64,000 nt of DNA from Mobula hypostoma (taxonomy: Eukaryota): assembly GCF_963921235.1 (NCBI RefSeq), contig NC_086107.1, forward strand, positions 95,668,001-95,732,000, in the 5' to 3' direction. The notes beneath the pieces are model-generated. The model did not search any database. It worked only from the letters and a program-made list of their open reading frames with translations, and was not told the origin of the DNA. The translations under genes were made by a program, and so were the position numbers. This document shows positions 1 to 13,420 of this stretch, piece after piece; position 1 is the first letter of the stretch; each line of letters begins with the position of its first letter.

Positions 1-549
<549 letters not shown>

Positions 550-1559
550 GTCTCAAATTTAAAATGCGCCCCTTACATTTAAACATTTGCTTCAAGGTAC
601 ACCAATTCCATTTTACAAGTCTCTCACTGTGGCAGGAGCAATACCTCTCTGTTTGTGGCATGTCGAACTGTTGGAGTGACAGCGGCTTTTGATGGACATG
701 GTCTCTTTGGGGGCTCTGCTAATGCTGACATGGCAGGTGGTGGGGGGGGGCTAGTGCCTTTTGCTGAGGCAGGTAGGGGAGAGGGAAGGGAAGGGTTGGT
801 GCTTTGCTGCTTGTGCATGGGGGAGTGAAGGGGGTTTGGGGTTCTAACGTTTTCCTGTCATCTATTCTTTGGGGTTTTTCTTCTATTTTATGGATGTCTG
901 TGGAGAGCGAGAACTGCAGGTTGTATATTGCACACATTCTCATCATTAAATGTAACTATTGAACAATCACAAGTCAACTTTGTCCACAAATCAGAAAATA
1001 CACAAATATCTCCAGATGAATCTCAGGAGTTGTATACACACTCTGGATAATAAATGCACTTTGAATCTTCGAAATCGTTCCGATAACCATTCCAAAGAAA
1101 GGAAACGAGTTCTGCCATTTGTTGGAATGAACATGCATACGTATATGAAGGGCCGTGCAAAAGTCTTATATACAGTTAGGGTGAGGGAATTCATAGGAAC
1201 GAGGACAACAGGTAAAGGAGGTCAGGGAGGAAGGCATTACCCTCAGGAGGGTGAGGATTTTCGAGTAGTACAAGGAGGTCAATACCACAACATGATAAAA
1301 TCAGAACAGGAACCGAAACCCAACAAGAGACAAAAGAAAAAATTTCTTCTCTCAAAATGTTGGCCCATTTTATTTTGATATACATGTGACAAATAAAGAT
1401 AATTTTTCAGATTGAATCAGATCTTCAATTTGAACAGAGGGAAATACAATCGCATCATCAATAGGCTGAATCACCTTCTGTACTGAAGTTTTCATGAATC
1501 TTAAGGCCAGTGGAAAGGGTGAAAGCAGTAAAATTACAGGGCAAGTTATCAAAATTTAA

Positions 1560-2290
1560 GCTCGATCAGATAGGCATGTGGGCAGATGTTTGGCAAAAGG
1601 TTTCAATTCAGGTTAAGTGTGAAGTGCTGCATTTTAACCAGGGTGGGGGCTGTGGAACAGAGGGGTCAAGCAGTACCATTTTGTGGTTCACTGTAAGTGG
1701 CATCACAGATAGTCAGGATGGTGAAGGTGTTTAGTACACTGGTCATCATCAGCCAGGGCATTGAGTATAGGAATTAGGATGTTATATTGCCACCGTACAA
1801 GATATTGGTGAGACTATACTTTCAGCATTGCGTAAAGTTTTGGTCAGCCTGTCATAGGAACCACGCCATTAACTCAAAAAAATATGGAGAAGAATTACAA
1901 GGACGTTGCCGGGACTCAAGTCTCTGAGAGGATGAGGGAGAATTTGGGCAGGCTAGGACTTTATTCCTTAGAGTGAGGGGTGACTTAAATCACAAGGGGC
2001 ATAGACAGGTTGAATGCCTTTTACCGGGAAAAGTGATCTTAAAAAAAATATTGGGCATAGGTTTAAGGAGAGAGGTGGATGATTTAAACTGGGACCTGAA
2101 AGGCAATTTCTTTACATAGAGGGTGGCTCATATATGGAATAAGCTGCCAGTAGAAATGGTGAGGCAGATGCAGCAATATCTAAAGGTCATTTGGATAAGG
2201 ACACGGATAAGAGGGTTTTTTAGAGGGATACGGGCCAACAGCAGGAAAATGGGACTAGTTTGGTGGGCAGCATTGTCGGCATCGATGAGT
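1560..2290 (+). mobile_element. Degraded CR1-clade LINE 3' fragment
   Basis: KCEVLHF and other RT C-terminal remnants matching the better CR1 copies in this window. Confidence 0.75.
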
Positions 2291-2389
2291 CGGGCCACAC
2301 TGCATTCTCTACACCTCGAAGACAGAGAACAATAACAAGATCGTTCCTAGTCATTAATCCAAGGAAAGGATCCTATGAAAGGTAGTAGA

Positions 2390-2885
2390 ATCAGCCCAGT
2401 AAATCATGGGTGAAGCCCTCCCACTGTTGAGCACATCTACATGAAACGTTGTCGTAGAAAAGCAGCATCCATCATCAAAGATCCTCAACATCCAGGCCAT
2501 GCTCTTTTCTCACTGCTGCCATCAAGTAAAAGGTACAGGTGCCTCAGGACTCGCACCACCAGGTTCAAGACCATTTACTACCCCTCAACCATCAGGCTCT
2601 GAACAAAAGTGGGATAACTATGCTCATTCTATTTCTGGTCTTCCCACAACCGATGGTCTCACTTTAAGGACTCTTTATCTTGTTATTTCATGCTCTTTCA
2701 TTTCATGTTATTTTATAGTCGTTATTTATGCTATTTATTTATATTTACATTTGCACAGTTTGTTATTCATTGATCTTGTTTACAGTAACTGTTCTATAGG
2801 TTTGCTAAGTATACCAGCAGGAAAAAGAATCTTGGAATTGTATGTGCTGACATGTATGCACTCTGATAATAAATTTTATTTTCAA
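2390..2885 (+). mobile_element. Rex1/Babar-type LINE 3' end
   Basis: LPTVEHIY...RRKAASIIKDP..HALFSLLPS remnant, then an AT-rich 3' UTR ending GATAATAAATTT. Confidence 0.75.
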
Positions 2886-3347
2886 CTGATTTTCATTGAT
2901 TTCAGAATAATCTAAGTTGATCACAGATGACATCAGGATCTAGATCAACTGGGCAAAGGGAGCCAAGAAATGGCAGATGGAATTTCACTCGGGAAAGTGC
3001 AAAGTGAAGCTTCTTGAGAAGTTAAACCAGGCCAGGGCTTCCACTGTGACTAGCAATGTTGTAGAACAGAATCCCACACGTGCAAATAGATAGATAATGA
3101 CAGAAATATACCACCTAGACAAAATGGTGAGGAAGACACATGGCACTTGCCCTCATTGGTCAGGAGGTTTGGTCTAAAATAGAGACAGCAGATTACAACC
3201 ACACAAGATTCAGGCGAGCCCGCACTCAGAGTACTATGTTCAGTTCTAGTCACTATACTGCAGGAAGCACGTGATTAAGCTAGAGAGGATACAGAACAGA
3301 TTCACAAGGATTTTGTTTGGCGGGCTTGAGTTACGAGGAGAGACTGG

Positions 3348-4202
3348 TGTTACGGACCCCGTAACTGGGTTGCCAAACCAGCAGAAATGGACCACTTAGT
3401 TGGAGTCTGGATTACTGGAACTAAGAAAGTTTTATTAAAGAAATAAGCAACACAGTACTCTAATCAAAAGGATATAAATGCAACAGTTTAGCAATGATAA
3501 AACACACATGTACACAGAACTAGGATAATAGGATCAATCAAGCTCTATCGCAGTCTAGGGGTAAATGATCAGTTTCAAGTGACGCAAAGTTCAGTTCAAT
3601 TTAGTTCAGTTCGCAGTAATCGCTGTTGTGCTGTTGGGCGGGGAGAAGAGAGAGAGAGAGAACGAATGAATATGCAAATCGGATTCCAAACAGACCTTCG
3701 ATATTCCTCGCAGTTAGCTTTCGGGCGAGCCCTTTGTAATGACTTCTGAGGTCACCGACTGTGACCCCTCCGTTCCAGATACGATCGTTCTTCTGCGGTG
3801 AACCCGGCACCCAGGCAAGGGCGGACACACACACACCAGGTTCCCGCCCGACCGTATCTTTCCACCCTGTGCGCCTATGGCTGGTCCCGCGACCAAACCT
3901 CCAAAAACTCCCACCAACTTGTGGGGGGGGGGGGGGGCACACCGCTTCCAGGGTCTCGTTACCTAGTGGTGTCGTGTGTCTGTTGCCTTAGCGAACCTGT
4001 CCCTTTTTATCCCCCTGCTGGGGTATTGCCTGTCCATCAAACTTCAAACAGTTCAGGGTTCAAAGCCACCGGTCTCTGACAATACTCGGAACCGTGTCTC
4101 CTTTCGGTAATCTCTCTCGTCTCTCTCTTATTAGCACCTTGCATGTTCCCCCATTGTCCTCTTATCGGCATCAATCTTCTGATAACTGGTTCTTTTGTCA
4201 CA
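3348..4202 (-). mobile_element. Solo LTR (855 bp) inserted in a CR1 fragment
   Basis: TGTTAC...GTCACA termini; 4-bp TSD CTGG (3344-3347, 4203-4206); CR1 sequence resumes on both sides; AATAAA on the minus strand near 3431. Confidence 0.85.
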
Positions 4203-5385
4203 CTGGATGGGTTGAGATTGTTTTCCCCGGAGCAAACGAGGCCAAGAACTTCTCCTTGTACAGGAGAAGTTTATAAAACCGTGGTCAGTCTCTTTCCCAA
4301 ACTTGGGAGTCTAAAACTAGAGGACAATAGTTTTAGGAGAGAGGGGAATGATTTAAAAGGGACCTGAGGGACAAGATCCAAGATCCCGCCCCCCAAACGC
4401 GCACACAGGGTGGTGAGTAAACAATGAGTTGCCAGAGAAGGTTGCCAAGGTGAGTACAATTACAGAGGTTAAAAGACATTAGAACAAGTAAAGGATAGGC
4501 AAGGTTCTTGCAGGATACGGGCCAAAAGCAGGTAAGTACCACTGGAGTAGGTATGCACCATGATTGGCATGGGCCAGTGGGCTGAATGGCCTGTTACCAC
4601 ACTGTGTTGCTCTGTGACTATACTCGAGCAGACAGCTCGGCAGCATTCCCACATCTCGTCAGGAACAGTAGCTGATCACAACACGGTGCACAGCAGGATC
4701 CCCCAACTTCAGCCAAAGTGGGCGTCACCAGATAAAGAGCACAGACAAAGCAACCACATTCAGCCAGAACTGCCCAGTGGATTATCAATGTTCCCCATCA
4801 TTACACAACACAACCTGCAACCACCTAGCTTCTCTCCAAGTCAGATCAGAAATTAGATGAGATTGTAAGAAAGCTTAGAGACCAGCCAGTGTCCTTAAGA
4901 CTCCAGAGGCAGCTGAGCTTCTAACTGAGCTGCTGCACCATTTCCCACCGTGGAATAGAACATCGAAATCTACAGCACATTACAGGCCCTTTGGCCCACA
5001 ATGTTGTGCCGACCATGTAACCTACTCTAGAACCTGGCTAGGATTTCCCTACTGCATAGCCCTCTATTTTTATAAGCTCCATGTACCTGTCTAAGAGTCT
5101 CTTGAAAGACCGTGTTGTATCCGCTTCAATCACCGCCGCCGGCAGTGCAGTCCATACACCCACCACTCTGTGTGAAAAACTTACTGTTGACATCCCCTCG
5201 GTACCCATTTCCAAGCACCTTAAAACTATGCCCCCTCGTGTTAGCCACTTCAGCCCTGGGAAAAAGCCTCTGGCTATCCACACGATCAATGCCTCTCATC
5301 ACCTTATACACCCCTATCAGGTCACCTCTCATCCTCATCGCTCCAAGGAGAAAAGGCCAAGTTCACTCAACCTGATCTCATAAGG

Positions 5386-7540
5386 CAGTGGTCCTCAACC
5401 ACCGGGCCGCAAAGCATGTGCTACCAGGCTGCGAGGAAACAATATGATCTGGCGATATGAAACGATATGGGTCAGCTGCACCTTTCCTCATTCCCTGTCA
5501 CGACCACTGTTGAACTTGAGTGCATGTGAGGTCATTACGCACGCGTCATCCATGTCCGCACGGGAAGAAGATCAACTCCTCGAGCTTGCAAATGACGGCG
5601 GGCTGAAAAGAATGTTTGACATAACATCTCTGCTGGCATTCTGGATCAAAGTCAAGGCTGAATATCCTGAGATAGCCACGGAAGCACTGAAAACATTGCT
5701 TCCATTTCCAACATACCTCTGCGAAGCAGGGTTTTCTGCAATGAATGCAACGAAAACTAAATTGCGGAATAAACTGGAAAACTGGACATAAGGAACCCCC
5801 TTCGAGTATCGCTGTCTCCCATCACCCCTCGATGGGACCGTCTTGTTGCAGGGAAACACGCTCAGGGCTCCCGCTGATCCAGCGATATTAGTGTGTTGCA
5901 ATGAGTTTATATATTCATACGAGGAAAATATATGCTGTGTTTAATATCCAAATGTTACTTAAAATGTTATGATGCTATTGACTTATAAGTGACTTATAAT
6001 TGTCTTATCACTATATTCATGGGAGGAAAATATGCACTGTGTGTTTAATATTAAATTCATTAGATAAACCCTTTTAGAAACGAAATCGAGTGTATTAGCC
6101 ACTTATAAGTGACTTTTAGTTGACTTATCACTTATATTCCAGTTGTGATTAACACCCCTCCCCCCAGGGTTGCCAACTGTCCCGTATTAGCTGGGACATC
6201 CCATATAAATGTGAGGTTATTCACTTTGGTAACAAGAACAGGAAAACAGATTTATTAGCTGAATGGTGGCCAATTAGGAAAAGGGGAGGTGCAACGAGAC
6301 CTGGGTGTCATTGTACACCAGTCATTGAAAGTGGGCATGCAGGTACAGCAGGCGGTGAAAAAGGCGAATGGTATGCTGGCATTCATAGCAAGAGGATTCG
6401 AGGACAGGAGCAGGGAGGTACTACTGCAGTTGTACAAGGCCTTGGTGAGACCACACCTGGAGCATTGTGTGCAGTTTTGGTCCCTTAATCTGAGGAAAGA
6501 CATTCTTGCCATAGAGGGGGTACAAAGAAGGTTCACCAGAATGGTTCCTGGGGTGGCAGGACTTTCATATGATGAGAGACTGGATCGACTAGGCTTATAC
6601 TCTCTGGAATTTAGAAGATTGAGGGGGGATCTGATTGAAACACATAAAATTCTAAAGGGATTGGACAGGCTAGATGCAGGAAGATTGTTCCCGATGTTGG
6701 GGAAGTCCAGAAGGAGGGGTCACAGTTTGAGGATAAAGGGGAAGCCTTTTAGGACAGAGATGAGAAAAAACTTCTTCACACAGAGAGTGGTGAATCTGTG
6801 GAATTCTCTGCCACAGGAAACAGTTGAGGCCAGTTCATTGGCTATGTTTAAGAGGGAGTTAGATACGGCCCTTGTGGCTAAAGGGATCAGGGGTATGGAG
6901 AGAAGGCAGGTATAGGGTTCTGAGTTGGATTATCAGACATGATCGTACTGAAGGCGGTGCAGGCTCGAAGGGCTGAATGGCCTACTCCTGCACCTATTTT
7001 CTATGTTTCTATATTGGGCTAAATTGGTTTGTCCCATACGGGACCGTCCTTGTCCTGTATTTCTCCCGTAAAGGTAGAGCGTTCCTATGAAACCTTTCGT
7101 GCTGAAATGACGTAAAGCGAAGAAGCAATTATCATTAATTTATATGGGAAAAATTTTTGAGCGTTCAGAGACCCAAAAAATAACCTACCAAATCATACCA
7201 AATAACACATAAAACCTCAAATAACACTAACATATAGTAAAATCAGGAATGAGATGATAAATACACAGCCTATATAAAGTAGAAATAATGTATGTACAGT
7301 GTAGTTTCACTGAAGAATCGCTAAAACTGATTTGTAGAAAAAAAAATTGGCACGTACACGCATGCGTATGGCATGTACGCGTACACAAGTGCCCGCGCAA
7401 GGCTTCATCATCATGGTAGGCTTTCTCCGGGTAAACAGTGAGAAAGTTGGCAACCCTACCCCCACCCCCAGTCGGCCGGTCCGCAAGAACATTGTCAATA
7501 TTAAATCGGTCCGCGATGCAAAAAAGGTTAGGGACCCCTG
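5386..7540 (+). mobile_element. Non-autonomous hAT (Charlie/Buster-like) element with nested insertions
   Basis: TIRs CAGTGGTCCTCAACC / GGTTAGGGACCCCTG; perfect 8-bp TSD TCATAAGG (5378-5385, 7541-7548); transposase C-terminal remnant FWIKVKAEYPEIA...LLPFPTYLCEAGFS. Confidence 0.92.
6205..7012 (+). mobile_element. 5'-truncated CR1 LINE nested in the hAT element
   Basis: ORF 6289-6915 is a CR1 RT C-terminus (LYKALVRPHLEHCVQFWS, FFTQRVVNLWNSLP); the element ends in a TATGTTTC repeat tail. Confidence 0.92.
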
Positions 7541-8249
7541 TCATAAGGTACGTCCTCCCATCCAGGCAACATCCTTGTAAATCTCCTCTGTGGCAGTGGA
7601 AGTTTGCCAAGATTTACCCTGGAGCTAATACTTCATGTTACTAATTCATAACATATATGACAATGTGGTACTAGTCCAGACAAACTTATTCACACAAGGC
7701 AGAGCCAACCAAAGCCAGTTAATTACCACCTAATTAATCAGAGTGAGGCAAGATGCAACTGCTAAAATAGGGACAGCATTACTTTCCACTAAACTGCTTA
7801 CTGCTTGGATTTTTACCAGGACCACCTCACCCCCAGTCCTCATTACCCTCAGTCCAAACATAGTTAAATCTGGAAGCAATAACGAGAAAGAGAACAGACA
7901 TTTATTGATCCTTGAATAGTGAACCGGGTCACGCTCTCGTCTCACTGCTGCCATTAGGAAGGTGGAACAAGAGTCTTAGGACTCATATCACCAGGCTCAG
8001 GAACAGCTATTACCTCTCAACCATCAACCAGTGGCGATTAACTTCTTCAACTTCACTCATGCCATCACTGAACTGTTCCCACAATCTCTATGGACTCACT
8101 ATCAAGGACCTGTCATGTCATGTTCTTGATGTTTATTAGTTATTTATGTGTAATTATTACTTTTTTCTCCTTTGTATTTGCAGTTTGTTGCACATTCCTT
8201 GTTTGCCCACCCTGTTGGATGCAGTCTTTCAGTGATTCTATAAAGGTTC

Positions 8250-9895
8250 TTGGATGGTGAGGACAATATGAGTCAGGTTGATGTTCTGGAGCATGTTGAT
8301 ATTAAGAGAGAGGAGGTGTTGGAGTTGTTAAAATACATTAGGACGGGTAAGTCCCTGGGGCCTGATGGAATATTCCCCAGGCTGCTGCACTAGGCGAGGG
8401 AAGAGATTGCTGAGCCTCTGGCTAGGATTTTTACGTCCTCGTTGTCCACGGAAATGGTACCGGAGGATTGGAGGGAGGCGAATGTTGTCCCCTTGTTCAA
8501 ACAAGGTAGTAGGGATAGTCTGGGCAATTATAGACCAGTGAACCTTACGTCTGTGGTGGGAAAGCTGTTGGAAAAGATTCTTACAGATAGGATCTCTGGG
8601 CATTTAGAGAGTCATGGTCTGATCAGGGACCGTCAGCATGGCTTTGTGAAGGGCAGATCGTGTCGAACAAGCCTGATAGAGTTCTTTGAGGAGGTGACCA
8701 GGCATATAGATGAGGGTAGTGCAGTGGATGTGATCTATATGGATTTTAGTAAGGCATTTGACAAGGTTCCACATGGTAGGCTTATTCAGAAAGTCAGAAG
8801 GCATGGGATCCAGGGAAGTTTGGCCAGGTGGATTCAGAATTGGCTTGCCTGCAGAAGGCAGAGGGTCGTGGTGGAGGGAGTACATTCAGCTTAGAGGATT
8901 GTGACTAGTGGTGTCCCACAAGGATCTATTCTGGGACCTCTACTTTTGGTGATTTTTATTAAAAACCTGGATGTGGGGGTAGAGGGGTGGGTTGGCAAGT
9001 TTGCAGACGACACAAAGGTTGGTGGTGTTGTAGATAGTGTAGAGGATTGTCGAAGATTGCAGAGAGACATTGATAGGATGCAGAAGTGGGCTGAGAAGTG
9101 GCAGATGGAGTTCAACCCGGAGAAGTGTGAAGTGGTACACTTTGGAAGGACAAACTCCAAGGCAGAGTACAAAGTAAATGGCAGGGTACTTGGCAGTGTG
9201 GAGGAGCAGAGGGATCTGGGGGTACATGTCTACAGATCCCTGAAAGTTGCCTCACAGGTGGATAGGGTAGTTAAGAAAGCTTATGGAGTGTTAGCTTTCA
9301 TAAGTCGAGGGATAGAGTTTAAGAGTCGCAATGTAACGATGCAGCTCTATAAAACTCTGGTTAGGCCACACTTGGAGTACTGTGTCCAGTTCTGGTCACC
9401 TCACTATAGGAAGGATGTGGAAGCATTGGAAAGGGTACAGAGGAGATTTACCAGGATGCTGCCTGGTTTAGAGAGTATGCATTATGATCAGAGATTAAGG
9501 GAGCTAGGGCTTTACTCTTTGGAGAGAAGGAGGATGAGAGGAGACATGATAGAGGTGTACAAGATAATAAGAGGAAATAGATAGAGTGGATAGCCAGCGC
9601 CTCTTCCCCAGGGCACCACTGCTCAATAGAAGAGGACATGGCTTTAAGGTAAGGGGTGGGAAGTTCAAGGGGTATATTAGAGGAAGGTTTTTTACTCAGA
9701 GAGTGGTTGGTGCGTGGAATGCACTGCCTGAGTCAGTGGTGGAGGCAGATACACTAGTGAAATTTAAGAGACTACTAGACAGGTATATGGAGGAATTTAA
9801 GGTGGGGGGTTATATGGGAGGCTGGGTTTGAGGGTCGGCACAACATTGTGGGCCAAAGGGCCTGTAATGTGCTGTACTATTCTATGTTCTATGTT
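8250..9895 (+). mobile_element. CR1 LINE reverse transcriptase region to 3' tail (pseudogenised)
   Basis: YRPVNLTSVVGKLLE, QHGFVKGRSC, YMDFSKAFDKVPH, GVPQGSILGP, FADD; in-frame stops near 8391 and 8892; (TATGTTC)n tail. Confidence 0.95.
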
Positions 9896-10604
9896 TATTT
9901 ACTGAGTCTACCCACAAGAAAACAAACCTCAGGATTGGATATGGCGACGTATATAAATAAACTTACTTTGAACTTTGGACCATTCCCTATCTGCATGCAG
10001 CAAGAGCTGGAGAACTTTAACAATACAAACAGAAATTCCTGGAAGAACTCACTTCAGGCTGAAGACACCCCACATGACTATTCCTCCTCCCACAGATTCA
10101 GTCTCCTTCCAACATTTTGATTTTGTTTTAGATTTCTAATATTTACCAGTTTGCTTAGATTTTCGTGACAGAGCATTCCAACAGCACGTGCATTTCATGT
10201 CACAGACGTAGGGACACAGATCAAGCCTGACCTAGTCCAAACCCATCTTTTTGCCCATTGACAAATTCCATTTGCCTAAATTAGGAATGTATCCTTCGAT
10301 ATTTTAGAAATAGCTTCTTCCCCTCCGCTATGAGATTTTTGAATTGTTCATCTACTTTCCTCTGCTTTTGTACTAATTATTTATTATAACAGCCATTTAT
10401 GTATTGCATTGTACAGCGGTGGCAAAATGACATTTCAAGATATATGGCACGTCAGTGATAATAGGTTAGCAGGTTAATTGGCCATTGTACATTGTATTGT
10501 GATTAAGCTAGTATTAAACAGGTGGTTGCTGGGTGTTGTACTGCGTCTGTACTGCACTGTATCTCTAAATAAATACATAATAAACTTAACTCTAATGTCC
10601 ATCT

Positions 10605-10802
10605 GGGGTGTATGGGGTGTCCAGGGAGGGGTAGCACCTCTGGTGGGGGGGGGAGGGGGCTACCATGCCCTTTTCAGGGCAGCTCATCCACCTTTGGTCC
10701 CCACCTGGCGCTCAACTCTCACCTGTGGCTCCAAGTAGTTGTAGCACGCGCAGCGGCCACACCCCGGTAAACCGTCTCGGCACACAGGCCAAACCAGGTG
10801 AG
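10605..10802 (+). ncRNA. HDV-like self-cleaving ribozyme (predicted)
   Basis: P1 GGGGTGT 10605-10611 / ACACCCC 10759-10765; P2 CTCACCTG 10718-10725 / CAGGTGAG 10795-10802; P3 GGC 10727-10729 / GCC 10756-10758; P1.1 CC 10731-10732 / GG 10766-10767; J4/2 CCAA 10789-10792. Folded by eye. Confidence 0.7.
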
Positions 10803-11144
10803 GGTAGCCGATGGGTCTTTGACCCTCGGCGAGGTAGGGGATCTGCCTGTCCCAACGTGTGAAGTCTGGCCCTGGTAGATTGAGCGGAGGAGACTGATTA
10901 ATGGTCCAACGGTCAAGAAGGCAGGGCCAGCGGGCGTGGTGGAGTGCTAAGAGCACGGGAAGACACTTAGACGTCCTGGTCATCCATTGCAAGAGGTGGT
11001 GATCTCTTTAAGCTCACCCGGCAGTAGGCAAAGGCAAACCACTGCTGTAACCTGCCACGAACATGATTTCCCAATATGTCAGAGCGGCGTGGAGGGAAAT
11101 TATCCGCCAACTGGAAATTCCAGATGCGACCTAAAGCGAGCGAG
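10605..11144 (+). mobile_element. Short non-autonomous retroposon with an HDV-like ribozyme head and RTE-like 3' end
   Basis: 8-bp TSD TGTCCATC (10596-10603, 11145-11152); RTE/BovB-like 3' motif GGCAAACCACTGCTGTAACCTGCC; no A/B boxes seen. Confidence 0.8.
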
Positions 11145-11419
11145 TGTCCATCGAAGTGCCTTTTAAATGCAGTAATTGTATCTGACTGTATTGTGTAAAA
11201 AGAGAATTGCCCTCAAATTCCTCTCACTTTAAAACTTTGCTCTGACTTCCGACATCTCACTGTCCATGCCTCTCACAACCTTACATTCTTCCAACAAGTC
11301 ACTCTCTGTCACGACCTCCTTCACTCCATGGAAGGCAAACCAGGCCTATCCAACCCAGGCACTGTCCCCGTGAATCTTGGCCGCGCTCTGTCCCACGTTC
11401 TTGCTGGGGTGCGGCTAAC

Positions 11420-11720
11420 AGCTTCTTCTTCATGTGCCTTGCATGTTATACGCTTGGGCGATCACATCTGTCCACATCGAACGATCCCTCGCAGCGTCAA
11501 TGATATCTCGCACACTTAGATCTGTTAGTTCTTTCAGTGTCCATATATTTTCTTCTTAGCCTTCCTCTTCCGTGTTTACCAGGCATATGGCCTTGTAATG
11601 TAAGGCATTCTATTTCTCCCTTTCTGATGACATGGCCCAGGAATTTAAGTTTCCTCTCGTTTGATGTTCTCATTTTTGTATGGGCACATTGGAGTACTGT
11701 CTCATTAGTTACCCTATCTC
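11420..11720 (-). mobile_element. RTE-clade LINE 3' ORF fragment
   Basis: Minus strand: RKLKFLGHVIRKGEIECLTLQGHMPGKHGRGRLRRKYMD...ARDRSMW, a typical RTE C-terminus. Confidence 0.75.
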
Positions 11721-11732
11721 TAAATCATGAGT

Positions 11733-12045
11733 GGGCACGTGGCCAAGTGGTTAAGACATTGGACTAGCAACCTGAAGGTCGTGAGTTCGAGCCCCAGCCC
11801 GAGGGAACGTGTTGTGTCCTTGAGCAAGGCACTTAATCACACATTGCTCTACGATGACACCGGTGCCAAGCTGTATGGGTCCTAATGCCCTTCCCTTGGA
11901 CAACACTGGTGTCGTGGAGAGGGGAGACTTGCAGCATGGGCAACTGCCAGTCTTCCATACAACCTTGCCCAGGCCTGCGCCCTGGAGAGTGAAGACTTTC
12001 CAGGCGCAGATCCATGGTCTCGCAAGACTAACGGATGCCTTTAAT
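11733..12045 (+). mobile_element. tRNA-derived SINE
   Basis: A box TGGCCAAGTGG 11740-11750 and B box GAGTTCGAGCC 11783-11793; a second copy lies on the minus strand at about 38405-38710. Confidence 0.85.
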
Positions 12046-12379
12046 ATCAATCAGAGCACATACATCTCACGAGCACAGCCAAGCCAGTGTGTTTGTGTAA
12101 AGTTGTCCATTTCTGACTCAACCAACGAGAGCAAGGGTGCCACTTGCCTTCATCATCACTCCATCCACCCACATGGTCACTTTCAGGAAACTATGGACTT
12201 CAACCCCAAAATATCCCTGTTCATCAAAATTCCTTAGAGACTTACCAGTACTGCATACATCCTACCCCCTTATCCCACTTCCCAAAATACATCACTTTGC
12301 CTTTGTCTGAAATAAGTTCCACCTGTCATTTTCCTACCCAATGCTGATGACCAAGATAAAAGCCCAAGGTATTACAGGA

Positions 12380-13420
12380 AAGATACTAGCATGATTGGCT
12401 GATTGGAGGGAGGCAAAGAGTGGGAATAAAGGGGGCCTTTTCTGGTTGGCTACAGGTGTCTAATGGTGTTCCACAGGGGTTGGTGTTGGGACCACTTCTT
12501 TTCATGTCTTGTGTCAATGATTTGGATGATGTAATTGATGGCTTTGTGGCCAAGTTTGCAGATGATACAAACGTATATGGAGGGGCAGGCAGTGTTGTGG
12601 AGGCAGGGAGGCTGCAGGACTTAGACAGTAGGAGAATGGGCAAAGAAACGGCAGATGGAATAGTGTTGGTATGTGTATGATCATGCACTTTGGTAGAAGG
12701 AATAAAGGTGTAGACTACTTTCTAAATGGGGACCAAATTCAGAAATTAGAGGTGCAAAGGGACTTGGGAGTCCTCATGCCATAATTCCCTAAAGATTAAC
12801 TTGCAGGTTGAGTCGGTGGTGAGGAAGGCAAATGCAACATTAGCATTCATTTCGAGAAGATTATACTACAAGAGCAAGAATGTAATGCTGAAGCTTTACA
12901 AGGTATTAGGCTGCATTTGTCATGAACAGTGTTGGGCCTGTTGTCCAAGAAAGGATATGCTGGCATTGGAGAGGATCCAGAGGTGAGGCACAAGAATGAT
13001 CTCAGGAATGAAAGGGTTAAAGTATGAAGAGAGTTTGATGGTTCTGGGCTTGTACTTGCCGGAGTTTAGAAGAATGAGGGAGGAATCTCATTGGAACCTA
13101 TCAAATATTGAAAGGATTAGATGGAGTGGACATGGAGAGGGTATTTCCTACAGTGGGGGAGTCTAAGGCCAGAGGGCACAGCCTCAGCCATTAGAAAAGA
13201 GGTGAGGAGGAATTTATTTTGCCAGAGGTTGGTGAATCTGTAGAATTCATTGCCACAGGTGACTGTGGAGGCCAAGTCATTGGGTATATTTAAAGTGGAG
13301 GTTGACAGGTTCTTGATTAGTAATGATATCAAAGGTTATGGGAGAAGGCAGGAGAAAAAGGTTGAAAGGGTTAATAAATCAGACATGATGGGATGGCAGA
13401 ACAGACCTGATGGGCCAAAT
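12380..13420 (+). mobile_element. Degraded CR1 LINE (RT to 3' end)
   Basis: GVPQGLVLGPLLF and KFADDT motifs, many indels. Confidence 0.88.

Noticed and set aside
11733..11810. tRNA gene
   Set aside because: No proper acceptor stem; it continues into a SINE body with a second copy near 38405-38710.
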